A DNA stretch of 62,198 nt, counting the filler, from Choristocarpus tenellus KU-1152 (lineage: Eukaryota; Protista; Phaeophyceae): the NCBI GenBank assembly GCA_964200185.2. It is 7 parts of 7 records of this genome, joined end to end, with 100 filler letters (N's around TTAATTAATTAA, not from the genome) between each part and the next. Parts side by side here need not be neighbours in the genome. Positions count along the whole stretch, not along the records: positions 12,802 to 20,399 come from CAXNAD020005902.1; positions 20,500 to 30,633 come from CAXNAD020003133.1; 5 more parts are not named here. One strand, 5' to 3'. Below, piece by piece: positions 13,897-26,924 of this stretch. The notes below the pieces were generated by a model. The model was given only the letters and a program-made list of their open reading frames with translations, searched no databases and was not told the origin of the DNA. Positions within the stretch are counted from its first letter, which is position 1. Each line of letters opens with the position of its first letter. The position numbers and the translations under genes were made by a program.

Positions 13897-16352
13897 CTTG
13901 AAGCCGCACGAGGCCGTCTGATTGACCGTTTCGTGGTTGCCGCGTAGAAGGTACACCCCTTCAGGGTGAGTTACCTTCATGGCGAGCAGCAGGAAGAACA
14001 CTTCCCAGGAGAAGTCGCCGCGGTTCACATAATCTCCCATGAAAAGGTATTTGGTCAGCAGGGGCTAATGAAAAGAAAAGAAGAAGGAGAGAGATGGTCC
14101 AGTTGCAGGAGACCAGGGAAAATAATGATGAGTTAGTTTGATCAACTATGAGATGCTATCATATGTGCAGAGGGGTATGGGGTGGAATATGGGGTCAGTC
14201 TATGCGGATCTTGTCCACTACTAATGTTAGTTTGGATACAGTAGTAGCAACCCTTCCATGTCCATTGAGGTGGACAACAAGACAATCGTGACAACTCATC
14301 TCCATGTATGCACTCATCTACAGCACAAGGGTGAGAGGTGGGAGCAGAGATGGTGATGAGAAACTTGGGATATAACAGTAGTGCAGTATGTCAACAATGC
14401 ACCCAGCAAGACATACGAGATAGCGGTTATAGCCCTTGCTAACCTGCATAAGCTAAGCAAAACCAAGACAACACTGCAAGTCCAATCGAAGAATCTGAAT
14501 GAAGAACCGAACGATAAAAAATTGAATCTCATACTCTGAAGTACTTGAACAAAACAATGGCTCCCTCGTTTTCATTTCAACACCACCAATTCCTGCACAA
14601 CACTCCTCGAGACTATTTTCCTTTCCTCTGCTGCTCACCATGCCACACTTGTCAATTATTTGGAGTAGGTCAAATAACTGTCCGTGTAGATCCCCAACCA
14701 AAGTTGTGTCTCTGTACAGGTCAAGCATGTTGGGCTCACTGCTGAGCACCTTTTTCCCCTAAAAAAATGAAATGGGGAGGGGCAACCATGATCATACAGA
14801 GAGAGATATAAATAAGATGAGGAATCAGTGCCATTGGTTGGGGGGTATCAGGTGGGAGGCTAGTGGTTGAAATACTAGAATGCTCTGCAACAACATATGA
14901 AGATCAGTATCCTTTTTGGTTCCTGTGTTATCCCTCAGTGCCTTGACGGTAAAGCTCAAGGCGGCATGTAGATTGGCACAGTTTGTTCAATATGCACATG
15001 CATATGTGCACATACACGCACACCAACTCCAGTGATATTCCCATTTCAGACTGAAAGACATTTCGTGCAGCTTTGACCATGATGCATGCAGACTACTGCC
15101 ATGATACTGGCCGTTAGAAATGTCAAGATTTGTACTAGAAATGTCAAGATTTGTACTGGTCACCTCAACAGGTGAAAGTGGGGGCAAAAACAAGTTGTAG
15201 GGTAAGACAGTAAATGTAGTGCTTCTTGATGTTGCTTAGAGAGAGAACACGGCACTTCCTTGTAGATATATTCATGCGTTTGGAGGAAATTGTGTGAGGC
15301 ATTTTGACCCATTATATTCCACTGGTTTACGACAAATTATATCTTCAGGGCAAACAGGAAGCACCATGCACTGACCATGGCTTCAAAGTAGCATGTGTAC
15401 AATTTTTCAATGCTCGCACAGACACAGACTCACACTCGTGCGTGCACAAGCACAAGCACAATTGATTTATCAGTGATCTGTGCACTAAACCTCCACACAA
15501 ACCATTTCCTCACCAACCATTGCTTTGCGCAAGACTGAAAGAGGTGCAAGTGCAACCACAGACTAGTCCTACATGCACATGGTTATTTCCACACATTTAT
15601 ATATATACATATATTGATGTATTCTCGAGTATATATGTACGTATCTATGACACACCAAATTCATATCATGTCAAAAACACATCATTGTACCCATTCCATT
15701 CCCCCAAAGAAAGCATAAGTCGTTAAGACTATTTCTGCGGGGTACACACCGTCTCCAACAGGAAGATTGCTTCTGACTTGGAGAGCAAGCCCTGCCGCTG
15801 AAATCGATCTCTCAATAGTGAGGGGAATTGAATTCGAGCTTGATTTTGAGTGTCATGATGCTGGTGCACCATGCAGCCATCCATAACCGCGAGGTTTAAT
15901 GGGTCCACCTGTTTGTAGAGTTTACAACGCAATGGTTGGGAATGTCTAAGTAAACCTAAATTTTCCAGACAGGATCAGGGATGAAACACGGATGCCTATT
16001 CCCAAAGGTCTCGGGGACACTATCTACAACTCTCATGAGCGGGGGTAAGGATAGAGGGAGCTCAACTGTATTTCTGGCAAAGTTCTCATTTTGATATCCT
16101 GCGAGACAGACTTGGGACTTGGAAATACTGGGGTCACAGCTTGCTGCAAGACTACTCTGGAAGTATTTACACATTCACAACACATTGGGTTGTCTCAAGG
16201 CTGTGAGATGATAGCGTGAGGTATGTTTGTGCTCACGATCTCTTCAAAATTTCAGCAAGAATGTAGTAATAGCAGCACATTGGCACATTCTATTTTTTTC
16301 CACTCACTGTCTTGATTGTCAATAGCAATCTCCTCAACTTTCATCATCAGCC
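13897..16352 (-). CDS. Calcineurin-A-like PPP-family Ser/Thr phosphatase, partial
   Basis: Exons 16308-16352, 15750-15838, 14639-14758 and 13897-14064 give LLRDRFQRQGLL, LSSEPNMLDL, VGDLHGQLFDL, KYLFMGDYVNRGDFSWEV and YLLRGNHE. More upstream exons may lie in 16500-20350; the 3' exons are not found in this contig. Confidence 0.88.
15978..16185. repeat. Dispersed repeat of about 200 bp, copy 1
   Basis: Shares CTCATGAGCGGGGG, TTTCTGGCAAAGTTC and CTTGGGACTTGGAAATACTGGGGTCAC with 18632-18835. Confidence 0.8.
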
Positions 16353-17944
16353 CTTTGAACAAGATACCAATCAAATATGCATCACAACATGTATCCAACA
16401 CACACACACAACAAAATGCATTGAGTATGTTGGAATGTAACAGTGTTTCAGTATATGCATACATACAGAGACACTACTTGTATGTAATACTCAATGGATT
16501 CAAGTAGATTCAACTCATTCAACTGGCGATGCTAATACAGTGTGTCTAGGCACCAGCAAACAATAGTATCAATGAAAACTATGTAGACACCAAAACTCGG
16601 TGATACTTTAGCATCACATTCATCAACATTTCCATTGCCTCTGGATGAACAATTATCTGCATCAAGGCATGCCACATACCCTTCCAAATCCACTCTCAAA
16701 TCCTCGTCAGTGACGAATCTCACCTGTTCTACAACATGATGTTCTTGTCTACGATATATTTCTCACGAAATATCATGCTGTGGAACAGGTGAGATTCGTC
16801 GCTGGTAAGAATGCGGGAGAGCGCATTTATACGTGTAATCAATCATAGCTTGTTGCTATGATGAAGAAGGAAAAGTATTAAAACTTAGTCCTCAGATCAG
16901 GTCTGGACACCATGGACAATATTCCTCTTGACTTCTAATGTATATGTAGCACTACACATCTCCACCACAACAGTCACGAGTGTCATGGGCCAAATGCAAT
17001 ATATGGCGTAGACAGCTGTGCTTCTAGGCAGCTGTGCTTCAAGGAGTTTCCAGTCCGTGGAATCAGAGAGACATTTTTCGTTGGATGTACAATAACACCG
17101 ATATGGAAATCTGCACCAAGCAAGAGGTCTAAACAATATTTTGATAGAGATCTACTGGTAGTGTAAATAATGAAACAACAATGAATTTAGCCCAGATAGA
17201 TGGCTTGTGCAACTGCCTTTGCAAAAGATTTTAGCAGAAGGCACAATTCATTGCAAGAGGTTCATTTTATTAGGGGGGGGAGTCAGATGGGTTTCATCAT
17301 TTGTGTCTGTCTCATAACAACCCAACAACACACCTGTGCAAATGCTCTCCAAAGTCCATCAGCTGAATTGGACCTCTTCACCATTTGCACAGAGAACTCA
17401 TCACCTCCTGACAAAGCACCCATGACAAGTATGAACCATGTAAAGGTTGTTCAGCGAGAGGTACATTGTGTTGAAGAAAACGCACTACAAAATGAGTTAT
17501 CTATACTGCAGCATGTATGACATATTTTTTGGTGGTGGGTTGTTCTAGATGAGATACAAATCTGAGTACCCACATATATTGTGATGTGACAGAATACATC
17601 GAGCAAGATTCAGAAATGGTATGTGTTCTTGAAGTATATCCTATGAACCTCACTTATTCAGACTCATACTCTGCTGTACTTGAACACACACTTGAAGCTC
17701 TGAAATTTGGCACTCAACGTGCAACCAAAACTCAAATGAACACAGGAATGTTGGGGAAAAGAGGAAAGACAATATTTTTATCATGGCCGTAGTATAACCA
17801 ACAGTGTTTGCATGGAAGAGAATGATGTACGATTGATGTTGAGTTTGTCATCAGGAACGGACGGCAGCAAAGAGTCCATAGTCGTCACATCCTGCCTGAA
17901 TACAAAGGACGGTGTCTGAAACCCTCTCAGGTGCAAATATGTGT

Positions 17945-17996
17945 ATACATACATACATACATACATACATACATACATACATACATACATACATAC
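17945..17996. repeat. (TACA)n microsatellite
   Basis: Perfect tetranucleotide run. Confidence 0.95.
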
Positions 17997-18631
17997 TTTG
18001 CAGTAGTAGTGTCATTATACAGACAAATATAATAGTTGTTGATACTCCAGACAATGATAACCAACGCTAAGGAGAAGTAGTAAGGCCAGACTAGCTAAAA
18101 GTATGTATGTACAATGGTTGCATACAAATCGGCTGGAAAGGGAACTATAACTCAGTTGGGCACATCAGTGGGAATGATTACTGATTCTCAAGCCCTTCCC
18201 AGATCGCACATCACCCACTAAATCACTACAGCAGTGTTTGCAGTAGACTTGATACCTTCTTGACGGGTGAAGGGTGTAGAGAAGACGTCGGGCATCACAT
18301 TTCCATTAGGATGATTCAAAGTTTCAAAATATTTCCAGCACTGCTTGCTGAGGCCGTACTGGACAGAACCGTAGGTACTCTTCTCATATTGGAAAGCCTC
18401 CTAACCCGCAAAAATGTCACTGATCCGTATTTTGTGCAGTTGGTCCACATTGTGATGGGAGGATGCACATTAATACGAGGGACAGGAAGAGAGTGATGCA
18501 AAAAAAGCATTACACCTTAGCACCGTGGATCAACCATCCATATCTGGCAGTTCAGATGACAGTCACCCCCTCCACCTCCCTAGAGTTGTCATGGGATGAA
18601 AATGAGCCCATGATGTCAGTAGGCAGGGTCA

Positions 18632-18835
18632 GCGATGGAACACAGATACATATCCCTGAAGATATCCTGGACAATGTGTTAGACCCTCATGAGCGGGGGG
18701 AGGAATAAGAGAGATCTCAACTCCATTTCTGGCAAAGTTCCCTTTTTGGAACTTTTGCGAGATACACTTGGGACTTGGAAATACTGGGGTCACGGCTTGC
18801 CGTATGACCATTTACACGTGCCCAGCCTCAAGAGG
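18632..18835. repeat. Dispersed repeat of about 200 bp, copy 2
   Basis: Direct-orientation homologue of 15978-16185. Confidence 0.8.
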
Positions 18836-20399
18836 CGTTGTGATGCTAACCTCTAGGAGATCTCTGGTATCTGTGTGGAGAGGATGTAAGGCATTTCCAA
18901 ATGGTTCTCCCAGGTTTCGCAGGAAGGGCATATCAACAGTACACAGCAGTGCAGTGGTACATTTATTAGATGATACTGCCTTGCTGATCACAGACAATCT
19001 CCTCAAACCTCTATTGCCAACTCTTTGGGCAAGGTGCCTACAATGCAAACATTTATTTTGTTTCAACAATGAAAAATTAAAAAAATCGGTTCACCAAAGT
19101 GTTACAGGACACACACTGGCTATAATGTGCACCAAGACATGTCACACACTAGACATGTACTGCTCCGGAATACTCCGCTGATAGAGTTAAATAAGAAACT
19201 AGAGGTGTCTGTACATTTGCTACAAAGAATAAATATATTTTGAAGGGAATAGATATGAACAATTTTGCTCTTCCCTGAAAATAGGTGTTAGTGAGATTTG
19301 CACACAGTTGAAGATCAAGCTCCTAAAGAAGGAGAACCATATTGTTACATATACATATCCATAGGAGGATGTTTATGGCATATTAGTTGGTGACCAACAC
19401 AACTCCTCTATCCTTGAATGTGAAAGGTAGGACTCGTGTCAGCTTTCACGGCTGAACTCCTCAAGGGGAGGTACAACGATCTTTAGAAGCCTCCGCCCTT
19501 TGAACATGGAGATTTCACATCTAATTTCAATTACCTGATAGGGAAGAAATATCACACTCATCAATTTTCTATCCATACCTATTGTTAATAACTCTTCAAC
19601 ACAATGAAGGTCTGCTTTTGCCATGCACAAAAACCTTGAAATGGAGCAAGTAATTCATGGTAGATCTCATTCGTAGTGGAGCATGGGTTCAAAGCCAGGC
19701 TTGGTTCAAAGATGTTTGAAGCCAGGGCCAGTAAGGCTCAGACTCCGGGGCGAAAACCACAATGTATATAATATTGAGAAGTCAAGAATTGTCAAGGTGG
19801 GTACAGTGCTGCCCTGTGCCTAAGAAATATCTTTACCAGCAGTGTGTATGTATATTTTATGCTATGTCTACATATGCACAGCCTCATTATACTTTGAGAA
19901 TATGAGTATTATGTGGGTGTGGTGGGTGAAACCCCTCTTATACCCTTCTGTGCATTGTATACATTTCGCAGCAAATTAACACAAAATATGTATACCAATC
20001 TTAACATTAAAAAGTACCACTGTCAAACCCAAGCGACTCATGAGCTAATCAACAGACCTGCAAAAGTAATGCCTGTATCACAGCATACGATTTGTTTTAC
20101 TTTTTGGCTTGCGTTTGGGCGAAATATTTGCCTACCTTGTCTTGGGAAGAATCTTGATCATTCCCGTTGCGAATTATTGTGGAAAGTACTTCGACCTTGC
20201 CCGTGGCCTCAATTTCGGTCACGCAATGGACATCACCTGAACAGACTGATGTTGAATCATGTGAGCAGCAGGCAGGTACACAACCATCAGTAATCAAGGG
20301 TAACAGCAACAATGGGCAGAACAGGAGTGTTAAAGAAACTGGTGTTCCCAAGACTTGTGTGAGTAAATAACTCGATTATTTCCTCATTATGTAGAACAG

Positions 20400-20499
20400 N
20401 NNNNNNNNNNNNNNNNNNNNNNNNNNNNNNNNNNNNNNNNNNNTTAATTAATTAANNNNNNNNNNNNNNNNNNNNNNNNNNNNNNNNNNNNNNNNNNNN
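20400..20499. other. Artificial contig-joining spacer
   Basis: N44-TTAATTAATTAA-N44. Confidence 0.98.
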
Positions 20500-20786
20500 C
20501 CCCCCCTGCCCTTCCCACCCCGCTGGCGCTCCTCTCCTCTCTCGCGGACAGGGGGGGGGGGGGGGGGGGGGGGGGGGTAGAAATTCAAAGCAAGATGTTT
20601 CCTGAAAATGAAATGTTTCATGTTTGACAGACCAAGTGTGCACCAAAGGCAGAAGTAGTTCAATGTCCCTTCCAGTCTACAAAACATATTTGGAACCATC
20701 TCATGTATTCTTGAGTGATGAGCGAGAAATGATAGTCATTGTTTGGGCTTTGAAGTTGTGAATCAAACCTCGTGATGCTGTTCCAG

Positions 20787-22495
20787 CACAACACAGATAT
20801 CTTGGCAAAGGTTGTGCTGGAGGATGGATCCGTGCTGAGGGCCAAGACCAACGCCTTGCCCACAATGGACTCCCTGTTTAGAGATCCCCAACAACCTAAT
20901 GGCGGCCTGTTGAAGCTGTGGGCTGAGAATCCACTTCCAGGTGGGAATATGTTAGAGTGGACTGATGATGATACTCTATGGCAATAAAAAATATAGGTGT
21001 GACGTCTGCCCTGGCATGTGCTCCATCTGCGCAGCCCTAGGAACTGTGCCTACTCAATCTTAATGACAAATTGATCGATTGACCGATGACACCCCACCCC
21101 CTCTTGACCCCTTGTGGCTGACTCCATCCTTGCCCCAACAAGTTACCCCACTCACTGGTTGGCAAGAAGTATCTGGTAAATTTATGGATCGTTTCTGGTA
21201 AATTTATGGATCGTTTCGTAAATTGCTTTCTCATCATTTGACTGAAGACACAAGGTATAGTTGAACCAAACACAGCTTCCAGTTTTAAGTCCTCATGTCC
21301 ATGGTATTCTATTCAAAGCGGTAGTAGGTAGGTGCACCCGGCTTCAAATGTAGGAGTAGGCAGAAGGGATGTTGTGGGTGAGAGATGAACCAAAGCCTCT
21401 CTGGTGCTGTGCAATGAAGTTTGCTGCTTGGTAGTGTTTATTTTTCTTTGTGGCATCTGCCAGTGGAAAGAAGAATGTGCGCTTGTGATTTGTATCATGG
21501 TGCAGTGAAGAGAACACCAACATCAGTGCAATGCTCACACCTGTTAAGAGCGTTGATCTGTAATTTCCCTAAGGTAACTGATTCCTAGCGACACTCTCCC
21601 TCCCTGTTGCCCTCATTTTCCTCCAGGCACAGGTATAGTGGGAACCTTCAACATTCGTGGTGCATCTTACAGTCAAGACAAACGGACATGGGTCGCCCTG
21701 GAAGAGGAAGGTCAGGTGCCCTCAGTTGCTGGGGTACTGAGACCTCATGATGTGCATGCCTTTGCAAGTGGCGGCAACACATATGCATCCACCTCTCCTC
21801 AGAACAGACAATGCAGTCATGAAAAGGGTGGTTGTACCAGTGAAAGCTGGAAGGGAGGGACAGACACCTATGTGGTCTACCTCCACCAAGCTGGAGAGGT
21901 ACATATCCTCCAGTCTCTAGGTGCATTACACCAGGATGTGCCTCATTTGGGCTTTGAATTGGCCACAGTGTCTCGTGTGGTTGTGCTCCCCTCTCTTGAA
22001 GATGGGACTGCAAAAGTTGGAAAACACAGGGACCAGGTGCGATGGGCTGTTGTAGGGCTCGTGGACATGTTCAATTCTGCTGCAGCAGTGACTGCTCAGG
22101 AGTTGCTGATCAAAGTCTCTCAGGGTGGTTCAACTGTTCCTGGTGTGAGCATGTTGGTAAAGGGGAGTGGCCGTTTCCAGGGTGTAGCTAGCAAAGCACC
22201 AAAGAGTGTGACCCTTGGAGTACCCTTGGAGAGCTTGGGCAGTTGCAAGAGCAATGAATGCTACAGCAGTGTTAGTATTCCATTCTCTTACACCAAGCTT
22301 GCAGCATGCAATACAGGAGGACGTGTTAACATCCTTGTTGATCTTGAAAGAGACAGAAAAGGTACAGATGAAGGTGGTAACAGTAGAGATGATCATGGTT
22401 GTAAACCCATGGAGCATGGTATGGGGACAGTGGAAATTGTGCTGCCTGGGCCATGGGATGGAAGGGGACGTCAGCTTGTGATGCTGTGGGACTAG
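20787..22495 (+). CDS. GH36 raffinose synthase / seed-imbibition protein (alkaline alpha-galactosidase)-like, 3' part
   Basis: Exons 20787-20940 and 21627-22495 (phase-1 junction). HNTDILAKVVLEDGSVLRA..PTMDSLFRDP..LLKLWAEN..GIVGTFNIRGA matches the family pattern H(D/N)FxLLxKLVLPDGSxLRA..PTRDCLFxDP..LLKIWNxN..GVxGxFNCQGA; later VGLVDMFNSAAAV and VKGSGRF. Confidence 0.88.
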
Positions 22496-22784
22496 TGCTA
22501 CAAGTCATCTGCCATCTGCATACCCTAATGTCCTTTGTATTATCTCCATGAAATGCTGTGAATGCAGCCTTCAGGGTGGAAGGTATTTTATGGACTTCAT
22601 TCACTACATACTGTCGTTTCAGTTCTCTCTTGGGGCAGGAGTAACCTCTCCTGTTTGGATCTAAACATGCCGTGCAGAGATTTAGTCTAGCCTGCACAGC
22701 ACAAAAACGTCACCACAGAAAAAGTAAAGCAAACTTGAAGTAACAGTTAAACAATTTCTTACATGGTCAGCAAATGCCAAAAAA

Positions 22785-25700
22785 TCATCCCCCAATACAC
22801 ATATTGACACCATTTATACCTACAAGTTGCACATCATACACAAGAGTAGCCCCAGGTGGTATTCCCCTCTGCGCTATCCCCTGCATACCGTAGCCCATGG
22901 CAGGTGGGACATTGATAAGGCGCCTTTCCCCAACACACATTCCCAACAACGCCAAGTCCCAGCCAAGGGGAAATTGACCTCTTGGTTGTTTACCTAACAC
23001 AAAGAAGATGGTTTTGTCACCTCCACGGCCAGCTACCTCCAGTCCGTTAACCTGCCATTAACATTGGTTTTGTGACATTGTATCTTTATGCAAGAAATTC
23101 CACTGACACGATTGATTGGTTAATTGTTATATTCAGTGCACAGGGGCTTAAACAGGGGTATGCAATGCATATACTTGAGTAGGAACTGGAAAGAGGGTTG
23201 GTGACTCCTTCCAGGAGGGGACATGTTTCTTGGTGCTTACAAAACTTGCACAGTAGACAAGTGCACAAGTGATACTGAGGAATGGCATGATTGAAGTTTA
23301 TGCAGCATTTGGTGCACTTCCTTTTGTCTCAAGTCAGTGATGCCAAGAACATGCCGTGTGCCTATTGGTTCCGCAAAATGTTGAGTTTTGCATGATTGTG
23401 CACAAACAATTGGAGTACATAGACTAAATAGCATGTAAGAACAATGGTGATCAAATGCGGCTGTGATCAAGCCCACTGAATTGTATCACTTTGTACTGAG
23501 CAGTTGTTGAACCACACAGTGATAGCATATTATCAGGACAATCCATAGTATTATTGTTAGTACAGATCTGCACACCTATCCAAACATGACCCGCACGTGC
23601 AGTACCACGAAACCTGAAAAGGATGATATTGCTATGAAAAAGACATGCATATATTTTTGTATCAAGCCCCTGAACAAGCCAAGCTACTTCTCCATGTGAG
23701 GCAGGCACTCTCCCATCAACAGAAGCAACAACTGCCCGTGTTTCAAATAGCTAACACAAGGTTCACAACAACTTGCACGGAAAGGCTTAAGGTTCAGGGC
23801 AAGGGTAGGGAAGGCTTACCTTGATACTGGACCCATCAAAAACAGTGCCGTCTTCTAAGCAACCTGTGTACTCGATCTCTAACAGGTCACCCCGTTTTGC
23901 TCCCTGGCAGTTGGCACAGTCACTGTTCTGTGCCCGTTGCAACACACGCACAACCTGCTCTTCTTGCTATGTCAGGGACAGGCAATACATGCAGCTAGAA
24001 CGTGTTGACAAAAGTGTAAAAACTCGGCAAAACAATTCTTAAAAAAAATGACCACTCAACACGTGAGATACTCTACGACTTTGGAAATCAAGAACACAAT
24101 ATACAATGTTGCTTTTTTTCAGGGGTCCCAAAAGAACTGCCCATGAGCCAGTGACACATAGATGCTCACTGAAAGGGTTATCGAACAATAACCACATCAC
24201 ATGCAAGGTGGAGTCTCACAAAAGCCCGGAAGTAGAAGCAACCAAGTATCAGTAGGTGACAGAAGGGGAGGTGGATGAATAGTGTCTGAACTACGAATCT
24301 AAGGTTCATAGGAAGCCCTCGACCCAAGACCAAACAAGTGACTACTCTAAGCCACGTGAGCGACAAAGTAACTTTCGGACCAAAACCAAATAAGAAGAGC
24401 ACAGACTATTTGGACATCTAGGTATTGCACATTTCCTCCGTCCTGTGCCTATCCTAGTTCATCCAACATAATCTGACTGTTTCAGCAAAAAAATCCACGA
24501 GCTGATGATCCCCAGATACGTCTCAATTAAAACACTGTGAACTAGTACAACACAAAGGATTGGAGTTGCAGCTGGGTTATGTGATAGGATCCATGTTGAC
24601 TTCCTTGTCTGCATCCTTCTATCATGCAAAATCACATCCACATCCCCCCGTGCCGGTTGCGATTTGTCAAGTACCACCAAATGGATCCTCACGCAGTCAA
24701 ACACAGCAGAACTATTCCAATACTCTTACTCTCTTACCCCTTGCCCCTTGGGTGCAATCTTAGAGCTTATCTCCCCATCAGTTACACTCCGACTGTTCAC
24801 TTCACCCTGCAGTCCAGAAGATACATTTCCCTGTGAAAGCAAATCATTGAACTGTTTGGGCGAAGGACAAGAGAGCATGACTCAGTCCATCACTCAGAGT
24901 GATATTCCAAAGACAAGTTGGCCGCCAAATCACTGAAATAGTCGTTTGTATCAGATGCAAGAAGTTTGTCTCAAGTTCACTTCATGATAGCACGTCTGAA
25001 TATTGTGTGCCCCTGTCTCTATACTATGTACTGTAGTAGTATTGATAGCATTGCTCAAGTACTCACCAGGGCTCACTACATTGTATCACACAACCATGTA
25101 TACTTGCTTGGCTGCATTATACGCATCCTCCACAGCCATCCCGGTTGAGATAAAGAGCGGGAGAGTCCGGACACTGTTATTGCTCACCTTGTTGGGGTCC
25201 CTGAACACAACTGTCAGTGGTGGAGGCGTTCCCTTGATGATCTTCTTTGCTTCACTAGCTGTAGTGCGTTCCAGATCCACTCCATTGACGCTTACAAACA
25301 CCATACCCACCTTCACACTATTAACAAAAACAAAGCAGCTTGAGATGCGAGAAAAATTGGAACAGTATGACGAACCAGGAACAAAACATAATCATACTTC
25401 AAAGTATGAATTTATTTGCTGATTTACATACTTAGATAGAGCAAGATACTACCATCTGGAGGATAGTGGGGTCTCTCGCTTCTGCTGAAAGAATCTGAAT
25501 GAGTATGCAAGAACGTGTAACGTACTTGGGATTGCGAGCTGCTGGTCCACCTTCCACTACCCGTTTGACCAGCACCCTCGATGATCCCCTGAAGCGCACC
25601 TAAAATACCCAAGTTGTGTACACGAGAGCATGAAGGAGTAAGTCATAAATTGATATATTGGTTGATAGATCATTTGCATGCAAAGCGAAATTCTAGACAG

Positions 25701-26924
25701 GTACCAACAGAGAAACGGGCTTGGAGGTAGACCAACAGACATCAAGGACCATGGATGGGTATGGGAGGAGAAGTTGGAATGCATAATGGCGTCCCATATG
25801 TGCTGAGGTGTTGACTCCAAACATTGAAAGTACTGTATTATTGTGGTAAGAACGGATATGCTTGTTGATATTAGCTGTAGGGAATGCCCTGGAAACTTTC
25901 CCCTGCCAGTACTAACGTATTGTTATGCACCTTTCAACGCAGTCCTGAGAAGGGGCAGGATGCTCCTTGATTTGATCTGGTGCTAGCTCGATGACATATG
26001 TCCTATTGTAACTGGAATATCTTGGTGTGCTATATCAAAGCTCTTATACCAGAGATACATCAAGGGCAGTCTACTTCACATGCACAGCAACGAAAAGGAT
26101 ACTGCAAAACATGGATTTTTCTTGTAGTCGTTGCGAAGTGTAGCACTATGTCAGTTATTGGCATATAGACTATACAAACGGTACCAAGACCAAAGCTAAA
26201 CTATCTCATCACGCATGTCTACGAGGTCCAACAATTGGAGGCAAGGAGAGAAGGGCCAAAAGGCAGCAAAAGCGGATTGAAGGGCACGGAATCGGGCAAA
26301 AGCACATCAAATTGTCTTCTAGTTGTGTTAAGTGACGTCGAACTTTCTAACCCTTCCATCTGGCTTGTATCATCACTATGATCCTAAACCTATCGGTTCT
26401 ATGCAAGGGTTCAAACTATTAATAATTGAAATGTTATAGAAGCCTGACGTTTACCACTGGTCACGTTCCAAGCCCTGGTGTACTGGGCGCACTCGAGCAC
26501 AGTTTCTCAATTGGGTACTGAAACTCACGTCTCCAAGTTCTATTCCCAAGACTCCGTCGTCAAACGTAGCAGACACCTCATCACTCTCCAGAGCCAGTGT
26601 GCTCGGTTCATTCGCACACAGGATTCCCAGCGCCAGTACTGCTAGTGGTGGAGAGGAGCCGGTGTGCTGCCAATATTATCAATGTAATTTTTTCTTGCTA
26701 GGAACGCGCTTGGCATGTCATTCACCTAAGCCTTTGTTTTTGTTCGAAAAAATGTCCTCACCCTCTCCAAGAAATCCTGCTCGTGTTTGAGGAACAGCAC
26801 ACAAGGGGCCCTCATTTCTGGCATGGTTTGCTAGACGCCAGTTGAAGGTCATCCTAGGTGAAGAAGGTGCAAATGCAAAGCAGCAATGAAACACCAAGGC
26901 TGCCACGAGCAAGACAGCATACAT
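22785..26924 (-). CDS. Plastid-targeted PDZ-domain + FKBP-type peptidyl-prolyl isomerase (about 335 aa)
   Basis: Seven phase-compatible exons: 26762-26924, 26529-26641, 25526-25599, 25188-25317, 24738-24851, 23820-23966, 22785-23051. Signal peptide plus CFA-FAP; PDZ-like FDDGVLGIEL..VKRVVEGGPAA..VGMVFVSVNG..LTVVFRDP; FKBP AKRGDLLEIEYTG.LEDGTVFD..GWDLALLGMCVGERRLINVPPAMGYG..IPPGATLVYDVQL. Confidence 0.9.

Noticed and set aside
21173-21224. Short 21-22-bp tandem duplications (also 15115-15158)
   Set aside because: Ordinary intronic slippage repeats
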